Of a DNA stretch of 10,350 bases, positions 1 to 5,868 are shown one piece after another. Position 1 is the stretch's first letter. Each line of letters begins with the position of its first letter. Below the pieces are notes generated by a model. That model did not search any database, was not told where the DNA came from, and was given only the letters and a program-made list of their open reading frames with translations. The DNA comes from a virus. Location of the stretch: IMG/VR virus record IMGVR_UViG_3300015608_001846, positions 21,651-32,000 of that record; one strand, 5' to 3'. The position numbers and the translations under genes were made by a program.

Positions 1-142
1 GCGTCTCACCCGAATGCGACGCAAGACACAGGCCAAACACCTTGTCAAGGTCTAGGCCAGCGACCTCGGTCATTGCATGGATCAGGAGGTGACCGACGAA
101 AGAATCATCGATCACAGCCTTCGACAAGTTGATCTTCTCCAT
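1..142 (-). CDS. hypothetical protein, N-terminal fragment (gene continues past the left edge of the window)
   Basis: Absent from the ORF track because it is truncated. ATG at 142-140 is preceded by a good SD on the minus strand (aaAAGAGGttgtgatATG, 7-nt spacer). The frame stays open to position 1 (MEKINLSKAVIDDSFVGHLLIHAMTEVAGLDLDKVFGLCLASHSGET...). No recognisable motif. Confidence 0.5.
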   Translation of the reverse strand, partial: MEKINLSKAVIDDSFVGHLLIHAMTEVAGLDLDKVFGLCLASHSGET

Positions 143-236
143 ATCACAACCTCTTTTTAACAATGATCGCTCAATAAGACTGCGCGCCGTTTCTCACTGT
201 CGTCATTGACTGTTGATCGATCGATTCAGCGAACCA

Positions 237-1262
237 TCATGGCTTCTTGGCCTGCTCGAGGTACCACGCGCGCGCTCGATTGCTGCAAGCCTGAACAGCT
301 TTCTTCTGGTCGAGCCCAGAAGCTTCCATCTGAGCCGTCGTCTCCTTGATGATGTCTTTGCTGATCCACGCAAGGAACGCTCCAACGTTCCTAAGCTCAA
401 ACTGCAGCTCGCCGCTGTTGACAGCTCGAACCCCTTGTTCGAGCCTGGCCGGCGTCAGGACCATCTGCGAGAAGTCATCGAGACCCTGGGCCACAGCTGG
501 ATCCAGCTGAGCCGGTCGTTCCTTGGCAACGACCTTGTGCTTGTCGCCCTTGGCCTTGAAACACAGGTTGCTGAAGTTCCTGTAGCCGCCATGTGCCTCG
601 TCCACCGGATAGAAGACAAGCCCCTCGCCGGTGCCCTCAATCCCGAACGTCTGCTTCGTCCAGGGGTCACATGCCTCGACCTGTGCCACCCGATCGTTGA
701 TACGATCCAACACCGGCTGGAGTTGCTCGCTCGGCAGCGACCAGTCGATGTCGTACGACTCGTCTGAGTCCCAAGGAATGATCTTGACACTCGCGTCACA
801 GAGGCCGCGCACGACAGTTTGAAAGAGCGCCTCGAGGGCCTGAGGTTGAGAAAGCAAGGTGTCATCACCTTCGACGTAGTCAACGTAGCGGGCAGCGAAC
901 ACAGCAAAGGTCCGTTGTGGGATCTGATTGACAGCTACGCCCTTTTGGATGCCCGGTCCACACCATTCGCCATAGAAGACGACGGGACGTGCCAGACGGT
1001 CGACGTTGACATAGGGCTCGATGGTGTTTTTGACCCACGCAGCAAAACCAACGTTGTCAGACGTCGGAGTGATGACGTTGGTCCGAGAGAACGCAGTCAC
1101 TGTTCCATTGGGATCGATCCGGATGCCGGCGTTGGTCCCATGGAGCTTGACCTTGGCCCGATACCTGACAATGTTGCTTGATCCCAGTAGTTCTGGGTAC
1201 CTCAAGACGTTCTTGCGAACGTTGTGAAAGGCTTCGATGTCTGTCCAGGGTACGTGTGTCAT
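237..1262 (-). CDS. ATP-dependent RNA ligase, Rnl2 (T4 gp24.1/RnlB) type
   Basis: 341-aa ORF with ATG at 1262. Covalent nucleotidyltransferase motifs occur in the correct order: motif I KLHGTN (K39, nt 1131-1148), FYGEWCGPGIQKG, EGLVFYP (motif IV), FKAKGDKH (motif V). From memory these align closely with T4 Rnl2 (EKIHGTN, VFGEFAGPGIQKN, EGYVLKP, IKCKNSKF). The length and the helical C-terminal domain also fit Rnl2 rather than Rnl1 or a DNA ligase. Confidence 0.9.
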   Translation of the reverse strand: MTHVPWTDIEAFHNVRKNVLRYPELLGSSNIVRYRAKVKLHGTNAGIRIDPNGTVTAFSRTNVITPTSDNVGFAAWVKNTIEPYVNVDRLARPVVFYGEWCGPGIQKGVAVNQIPQRTFAVFAARYVDYVEGDDTLLSQPQALEALFQTVVRGLCDASVKIIPWDSDESYDIDWSLPSEQLQPVLDRINDRVAQVEACDPWTKQTFGIEGTGEGLVFYPVDEAHGGYRNFSNLCFKAKGDKHKVVAKERPAQLDPAVAQGLDDFSQMVLTPARLEQGVRAVNSGELQFELRNVGAFLAWISKDIIKETTAQMEASGLDQKKAVQACSNRARAWYLEQAKKP

Positions 1263-1357
1263 ATGAATTTCTCTTACGTCTTTTCATCTAGACACAAAAC
1301 ATTTGCTATCGCAATGGTCACGGCTTGCGTTTTTTGAAGGAGCATCCATAAGCCCAA

Positions 1358-1642
1358 TCATTCACCGCCGAGAGTGATGGCCGCAAATGCCCTGACGGCG
1401 TTCGTCATCGATTTTTCTGACATGCACAGTTCATCGCCCAACATCAGACGCGTATAACCTAGCGCAACGTGGAAGGCGACATCGCTGATGTCAGAGCACG
1501 ACGGATCACCACCATTCACCATGGTGTTGAGGAAACGCGAGGCGACGACAGCTTCGGAGTCGACCTTGATGATGGTACAGACATAGACGCGGTCAATCTC
1601 GAGCACTGTTCCGGCTGGAGCCGTCGACGGTGCAATCATCAT
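1358..1642 (-). CDS. hypothetical protein (94 aa; start uncertain)
   Basis: Minus-strand ORF. The track start at 1717 is GTG and adds a Cys/Arg-rich N-terminus, so I prefer the ATG-ATG at 1642/1639 (MMIAPSTAPAGTVLEIDRVYV...). An alternative ATG lies at 1708. No clear SD and no motif. It is co-directional with its neighbours and a better candidate than the antisense ORF 1469-1705. Confidence 0.35.
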   Translation of the reverse strand: MMIAPSTAPAGTVLEIDRVYVCTIIKVDSEAVVASRFLNTMVNGGDPSCSDISDVAFHVALGYTRLMLGDELCMSEKSMTNAVRAFAAITLGGE

Positions 1643-1885
1643 GAAACTCGAACAACCTGGCGTTGTATCGCAGGACCTCAGGCGAGGGCATGCTCGTCGG
1701 CTTAGCATCGGTTGCACCGGTGTGGTATCAAAAGTGAACCTTCAGCTCAGGTTCCCTGTTGAGCCAGCCCCGCATCAGATCCTTGATCGCCTTCGTCGAT
1801 AGCTTCACGATTAAATCCTAACGTTGATGATGGATTAAAACCCTGTCCGTGACCCAAAGGAGCCCCAGAGGGACCCACGTGGGCA

Positions 1886-2107
1886 CTAGACCTCAATGTC
1901 ACAATTCTCGTAGGTGACCTTGACGCGGCGGACGGATGACATTGCAAAACCAGGTTTTGCAATGTGAATGCATCCGACGAACTCAAGGTCGTACACAGCG
2001 TCATTGATCGTCCAAACCTGAACGTGTGCCTTCTTGACGTTGACGAACTTAAGCCTGGCGACAGGGTCTGACTGCCCCGTCCAGAGTTCCTTCAACCACT
2101 TGAGCAT
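1886..2107 (-). CDS. hypothetical small protein (73 aa)
   Basis: The track start at 2122 is GTG. The first ATG is at 2107 (MLKWLKELWTGQSDPV...), 31 nt downstream of the Thg1-like stop codon. The composition looks beta-rich. No motif. Confidence 0.5.
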   Translation of the reverse strand: MLKWLKELWTGQSDPVARLKFVNVKKAHVQVWTINDAVYDLEFVGCIHIAKPGFAMSSVRRVKVTYENCDIEV

Positions 2108-2138
2108 AGTTGACCATAACACCCCAATTGTCCAGCTT

Positions 2139-2909
2139 TCACTCTTCGATGAGCGCTAGGTGGCGGTTGACGTAGTCACGGTCACGAGAAAACACTGGGA
2201 TGTTGTGGTCGACGTACCAGATCCCGCGAGCGACTGCAACCTCGCCCGTCTCAGAGTCTTGATACGTCCCATCGACCGTTCGAACGATGCAGCTGCCTCG
2301 CGTCCACCGTTGTTCCAGCATGTTCCACGGATGCCCTGCCTGTTCACACATCTTGACGAGCTCAGTGCCTGGCTTGCCTTGGCACTGTGCGTGTGAAAAC
2401 AGCGATCGAGCCAGCTGCTGCACCGAGTTGCGTGCACAGTCTTGCTGCCTCCACAGGAAGTAGTTGCAAACGTCCGATTCGGGCACGACAAACGCCCGGG
2501 CATCGAACACAGCAGGCCTGATGCTGCTGTCACGCCAGATCTTGTACGACTGTGCTGTAAACGTCGCGCTAGCGACGGCGGCGGCCACAGAACACATCTT
2601 CTGGACCTGTCGATCGAACCACGATGACGAGTTGAACCGCTTGTAGCCATGGACCAACAGCGAGATCTCATCTGATTGTGTGTATGCCAGCTGCGCTCCC
2701 TGCACCTCCTCACACAGCTGCTGTGCCGTTGCCACCATCACGTCAGCCAGGCTGGTGTCGAATGGTCGCTGGCACCCTCGAGTGTATGTATGAAACGCCT
2801 TGCCGTCGATCCTGATGATGATCGGCAGTCGATCGGGCAGCACCGTCCGGCTAGCCTCCTCGTAGCGTTTCATCCTGTCGCCCAGTGAAGTTCGATCGCT
2901 GTTTCCCAT
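2139..2909 (-). CDS. Thg1-like protein (tRNA-His guanylyltransferase family, 3'-5' nucleotidyltransferase / reverse polymerase)
   Basis: 256-aa ORF with ATG at 2909. Family motifs are present in order: MKRYE, IIRIDGKAFHTYT, AYTQSDEISLLV, FDARAFVVP, YFLWRQQDCARNS, TRGSCIV. From memory these correspond to human/yeast Thg1 VVRLDGRNFHRF, AYGQSDEYSFVF, FDGRVVVYP, YLSWRQADCHINN, YRKGTVL. The catalytic carboxylate positions (D of RIDG, D/E of QSDE) are conserved. Confidence 0.9.
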   Translation of the reverse strand: MGNSDRTSLGDRMKRYEEASRTVLPDRLPIIIRIDGKAFHTYTRGCQRPFDTSLADVMVATAQQLCEEVQGAQLAYTQSDEISLLVHGYKRFNSSSWFDRQVQKMCSVAAAVASATFTAQSYKIWRDSSIRPAVFDARAFVVPESDVCNYFLWRQQDCARNSVQQLARSLFSHAQCQGKPGTELVKMCEQAGHPWNMLEQRWTRGSCIVRTVDGTYQDSETGEVAVARGIWYVDHNIPVFSRDRDYVNRHLALIEE

Positions 2910-2918
2910 TGCACTTGC

Positions 2919-3203
2919 TCACTTGATAGCGCAACCGATGTTATCGGCTTGTTTCTTGGCTTCCTCCAAAGAGGGATACATCCCCAGTGATGTGTTGCTG
3001 CGCCAAGGTCGATGAGCGTATAAGCGATACTTGGTCGTTTCCAATCCTTGGTACGATGTAGCATCGACAAAGCAGTAGTCTGCCTGGCCGCTGGCGCTTA
3101 CCAAGAGATAAAACGTGTACAATCCAAGTGACAACAGTCCCACTATGGACAACCAAATGACGATTGAACCGATTGCTTCGGTGAAGTTACTTTTGTTATT
3201 CAT
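2919..3203 (-). CDS. small single-pass membrane protein (94 aa), hypothetical
   Basis: The track start at 3260 is GTG and lies inside the upstream gene. ATG at 3203 overlaps the upstream stop (aaATGAATAA, 8-nt overlap), and GAAG lies 9 nt upstream. An alternative ATG is at 3212. One clear hydrophobic helix (AIGSIVIWLSIVGLLSLGLYTFYLLV) is followed by a ~55-aa soluble tail with two Cys. The ORF ends 9 nt before the Thg1-like ATG. Confidence 0.6.
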   Translation of the reverse strand: MNNKSNFTEAIGSIVIWLSIVGLLSLGLYTFYLLVSASGQADYCFVDATSYQGLETTKYRLYAHRPWRSNTSLGMYPSLEEAKKQADNIGCAIK

Positions 3204-3618
3204 TTGACGCATCTTCGATCGACAGTCGATTGCATTTGGCTGCGCGTTTAGCACGAACACTCAGCAATGCACGTTGCAGCTCGTCTTCTTCGATGGCAAG
3301 AGCTCGTTGGTGAAACTGATCAGCAACATCAGCTGTGATCCACGACGCGATCGGCCCGCGGGTCTTTTCGTACATCTTGACTGATTCGTGGTAAATCACA
3401 TGGTGTCGTTGCTGACCCAGCTTACAACGAGAGTGCCAAGCAGCTGCAGCAAACAGACCCATCTTGGTCAACAAAGCAGGCACCTCAGCAGAAAACATGT
3501 TACAAATGCCGAGCTCTCGGAAGTACTCGATCTCGAGCATCTCTTCCCAGGTCAGGATGCACTCCATGAAATTGTGCCAATCAATGACACCACGAAAATC
3601 GTGGGAAGGCTTTTGCAT
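3196..3618 (-). CDS. hypothetical protein (140 aa)
   Basis: ATG at 3618 with GGAAAGG/AAGGTG upstream. Its stop overlaps the start of the downstream membrane-protein gene. No motif recognised. Confidence 0.65.
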   Translation of the reverse strand: MQKPSHDFRGVIDWHNFMECILTWEEMLEIEYFRELGICNMFSAEVPALLTKMGLFAAAAWHSRCKLGQQRHHVIYHESVKMYEKTRGPIASWITADVADQFHQRALAIEEDELQRALLSVRAKRAAKCNRLSIEDASNE

Positions 3619-3648
3619 CCTTTCCGCACCTTAATGTGTCAAGACAGC

Positions 3649-3900
3649 CTATTTCACTTTTTTTTGTGCGGCTAGCTTTTGCCAAACCTCGAGCGGTATC
3701 GATTGCAAGGCGGTCATCGCTAGCGTGACGCTGTCAAAGTACGCCTTCAGAGCAGCTTCATCATCGATATCACCCGAAGCGACGGCGGCTGAAATCATCG
3801 ATTGCAGCTGCTCCCGCACTCGTTCTTTCTTCATGTATGACGCAGAAGCAGCGATCCTTGCCTCTATCAGAGAACGTAGCTGCCTGATTGACACTTTCAT
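3649..3900 (-). CDS. hypothetical small helical protein (83 aa)
   Basis: ATG at 3900, 6 nt after the HAD gene stop. The sequence looks alpha-helical (MKVSIRQLRSLIEARIAASASYMKKERVREQLQ...). No motif. Confidence 0.6.
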   Translation of the reverse strand: MKVSIRQLRSLIEARIAASASYMKKERVREQLQSMISAAVASGDIDDEAALKAYFDSVTLAMTALQSIPLEVWQKLAAQKKVK

Positions 3901-3906
3901 CGATGA

Positions 3907-4668
3907 CTAAATACTGGTCAACATCTCTGAGATGACGCCCAAGGTGTCGTCTGGATCTCGGACTGAAATGCACTGAACGCCGCTGAGGTGAACTACGCTG
4001 TCATTCCCACCTGGAAACAACGCGTCACCGATAAACACTGCATCGCCCTTTTGAAGGGCTAACATCCGCAGCAGTCGCTCGACGCCGTATCGCTTGTCAA
4101 AGCCTGCTAGGGTGACATCAACCGACGTCATGCCACCGACTCGAGCAGCAAACTGTTCAGGCAACGCTTGGGCAATCGCATCGCGAAGAGCGATCTTCTT
4201 CGAAGACGTTGGGTCCCAACGACGTTTTTCATCGACAGGAGCACGTTGGCCCAGTGCCGACAAGGTCACCTGTGAGCCACGAACTTCGATGCGTTCTCCC
4301 CATGCGTCCGGGATTTCAGGCAGTCCAACGCCTGAGGCGTGTGTGGCTGTCAAGATGGCTTTTTTGATCTGCTCAACGTCACGTTCGCTCAAAAGGTGTT
4401 GATACAGCGAACTCCAGGAAGACCCATCGTGTGTGTAGCAAGCAGCACCGCTCGTCGGTAGCAGGTACATCTGTTGCGCTAGCTCTGGGTCGACAGATGA
4501 CACCGGCTCGATCAATTGCGACAACAACTGTTGCAAGTTACACCCAGAAACAACGGCGACCGTCGACCGCGCCAGCAGGCTAGCAACCGCAACTGCCATC
4601 TTTTCAGATACGGGTTGCTTGCTCTCAGCCAAGGTTCCATCGAGATCAAAGATGATCAGTTTTTTCAT
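3907..4668 (-). CDS. HAD-IIB superfamily enzyme, eukaryotic-type phosphomannomutase (PMM)-like
   Basis: 253 aa. HAD motif I is FDLDGTL (residues 7-13), followed by VAVVSG and motif IV GDALFPGGND. The cap-domain stretch is RIEVRGSQVTLSALGQ...GGMTSVDVTLAGFDKRYG. From memory these align with human PMM2 (FDVDGTL, GVVGGSD, FIEFRNGMLNVSPIGR, SFDVFPDGWDKRY, FFGDKTMPGGND). The start ATG overlaps the upstream stop (ATGA). Confidence 0.85.
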   Translation of the reverse strand: MKKLIIFDLDGTLAESKQPVSEKMAVAVASLLARSTVAVVSGCNLQQLLSQLIEPVSSVDPELAQQMYLLPTSGAACYTHDGSSWSSLYQHLLSERDVEQIKKAILTATHASGVGLPEIPDAWGERIEVRGSQVTLSALGQRAPVDEKRRWDPTSSKKIALRDAIAQALPEQFAARVGGMTSVDVTLAGFDKRYGVERLLRMLALQKGDAVFIGDALFPGGNDSVVHLSGVQCISVRDPDDTLGVISEMLTSI

Positions 4669-5150
4669 GCGATGGCGTCCGGCAGCTTCACGCTCTTGAC
4701 TCGAGCAACAGTACCATCAGGCAGCGTGACCACGCTGCCTTCAGTTACCTCAGCTTCCGCCGAAAGCTCAGCTGCTAGTTCGTGGACTGGATTGTTGCGC
4801 GCGGGATTGGGCGGTTTTTTCTTGAGATCGGTGATCATGTTTGGGCTCTCAAAAGAACCCGCGTACCATTCGTTTGATTTCTTGCTCGCCTCGTCGATCA
4901 TGCGTGTGATCTGGGCGGAGGCCCGCTCGATCAACACCGTCTTGGCTTTTTCCGCTGAATCAAACAGCTCGCCGTCAACGTCGCTGATGACCATCGTCTT
5001 GTTGGGATCTGCACCGACGCGGACAACGTAATCGACGGACTTACCGGTCATTGACGTCTTGGTGATGACTTCGACCACCTGAATCGGATACACCCGTGGT
5101 TCTTTGCGAAGAACTGCGTACAACACTTGCCCAACGTCGTATGCCATCAT
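4665..5150 (-). CDS. hypothetical protein (161 aa)
   Basis: The track start at 5153 is GTG. ATG at 5150 shares 1 nt with the upstream stop (TGATG), and GAGGA lies 7 nt upstream. Its stop overlaps the HAD start (ATGA). No motif recognised. Confidence 0.7.
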   Translation of the reverse strand: MMAYDVGQVLYAVLRKEPRVYPIQVVEVITKTSMTGKSVDYVVRVGADPNKTMVISDVDGELFDSAEKAKTVLIERASAQITRMIDEASKKSNEWYAGSFESPNMITDLKKKPPNPARNNPVHELAAELSAEAEVTEGSVVTLPDGTVARVKSVKLPDAIA

Positions 5151-5497
5151 CACTCATCCTCAGTGAACATGCTGTTGGGCAGGTTACCTTCAGCGTCAGG
5201 AGACGGCTCTTCGGCAGCGACCAAGAAAACATCGATGGGTGGCGCCTCAGAGGCACTGACCACAAAATCGGGGGCGTCATCGTCCAGTGCGACCTGAGCG
5301 TCTTGGCACGCCTTGACGACCTTCTTCCACAGGACAGTCTCCACGATCTTACGCCCTTCCTTCATGGCCAGCGCCTGGCTGACAGTCAGCCTGACAGTTG
5401 GGGGCAGCCCGACGCTGAAGAGGTCGCGCAGGTGAACCAGTTCGTGCTTTGTCAGCTTGATCGTGTACGTCTTTTTTGCATCGATGTTGTTGGGCAT
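5150..5497 (-). CDS. hypothetical protein (115 aa) with a strongly acidic C-terminal tail
   Basis: ATG at 5497 preceded by GGAAGGATAGGA. The N-terminal half is Lys-rich. The last ~44 residues carry 13 Asp/Glu and no Lys/Arg (DDDAPDFVVSASEAPPIDVFLVAAEEPSPDAEGNLPNSMFTEDE). Confidence 0.7.
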   Translation of the reverse strand: MPNNIDAKKTYTIKLTKHELVHLRDLFSVGLPPTVRLTVSQALAMKEGRKIVETVLWKKVVKACQDAQVALDDDAPDFVVSASEAPPIDVFLVAAEEPSPDAEGNLPNSMFTEDE

Positions 5498-5535
5498 CGA
5501 ACAATCCTATCCTTCCCGCGTTGAGCGTTAACGGA

Positions 5536-5823
5536 TCAGGTCGATGGATCCCGTAGGACTTCAAGGAACAACTCGTAGGTGTCCTTGTGTTGAATGCCTT
5601 GTTCGATCTTTAGGACGCTGAGCGCGGCCTTGAGCACTTTGACATCGAGCTTTTCAGCATACTCTTCGATGAGTTCCTTGCGATCTTCTTTGAGAAGCTC
5701 GATCTCGTTGTCGATGTTGCTCGCACGCTCCATGAACTCTTTGACCGTCGCCTTGAGAGCATTCAATTCATCAGGTTGTAGCACAGCGACGTTGTACTGT
5801 TCGATTGACTTTTTCTTTGCCAT
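5536..5823 (-). CDS. small coiled-coil protein, GapR/DUF2312-like (putative DNA-binding)
   Basis: 95 aa, ATG at 5823. The segment LKATVKEFMERASNIDNEIELLKEDRKELIEEYAEKLDVKVLKAALSVLK resembles, from memory, Caulobacter GapR ([47 protein letters not shown]). The CDS call is solid. The family call is moderate. Confidence 0.5.
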   Translation of the reverse strand: MAKKKSIEQYNVAVLQPDELNALKATVKEFMERASNIDNEIELLKEDRKELIEEYAEKLDVKVLKAALSVLKIEQGIQHKDTYELFLEVLRDPST

Positions 5824-5868
5824 GCATGCATGGTAACACGTGCACGTTCAGTGTTCAGTTGATTAGGT
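5824..5868. promoter_or_regulatory. palindrome- and repeat-rich intergenic spacer upstream of the GapR-like gene (candidate operator/promoter)
   Basis: A 14-bp perfect palindrome CCATGCATGCATGG (5820-5833) covers the start codon. A 10-bp perfect palindrome ACGTGCACGT (5838-5847) follows, then a tandem 7-mer GTTCAGT x2 (5846-5859). No canonical -35/-10 pair or SD is visible. Confidence 0.25.

Noticed and set aside
213-1227. Plus-strand ORFs 213-767, 631-822, 819-1181 and 1021-1227, and minus-strand alternate-frame ORFs 455-907 and 1057-1287
   Set aside because: All overlap the RNA ligase gene, whose frame carries the complete ligase motif set. The alternatives are Arg/Ser/Leu-rich with no motifs.
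216-1883. Loop-less perfect 10-bp palindromes just downstream of stop codons (ATCGATCGAT at 216-225, CCCACGTGGG at 1874-1883), considered as a shared regulatory or terminator motif
   Set aside because: About 10 such palindromes are expected by chance in 10 kb ((1/4)^5 per position). The sequences differ from one another, and CCACGTGG also occurs inside a coding region (6487-6494). There is no U-tract, so they are not intrinsic terminators.
1747-2004. 85-aa minus-strand ORF that would fill part of the 1643-1885 gap
   Set aside because: It overlaps the better-supported 73-aa gene (1886-2107) in another frame. It is dominated by Ser/Ala/Gly/Pro/Thr and has no SD.
2156-2713. 185-aa alternate-frame minus-strand ORF inside the Thg1-like gene, plus antisense ORFs 2160-2396, 2442-2646 and 2676-2888
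   Set aside because: The Thg1 frame is validated by family motifs along its whole length. The alternate frame is Arg/Ser/Cys-rich, which is typical of an off-frame read-through.
3907-4668. The PMM-like HAD enzyme as a Pnkp-type RNA 3'-phosphatase completing the RNA repair module
   Set aside because: It matches PMM across the cap domain as well as the core, which points to a sugar-phosphate substrate. I kept this only as a low-probability alternative to test.
4094-5031. Plus-strand ORFs 4094-4402 and 4516-5031 (171 aa)
   Set aside because: They are antisense to the PMM-like gene and to the coupled 161-aa gene. Their composition is Ser/Ala/Arg-rich, and there are no start-site signals.
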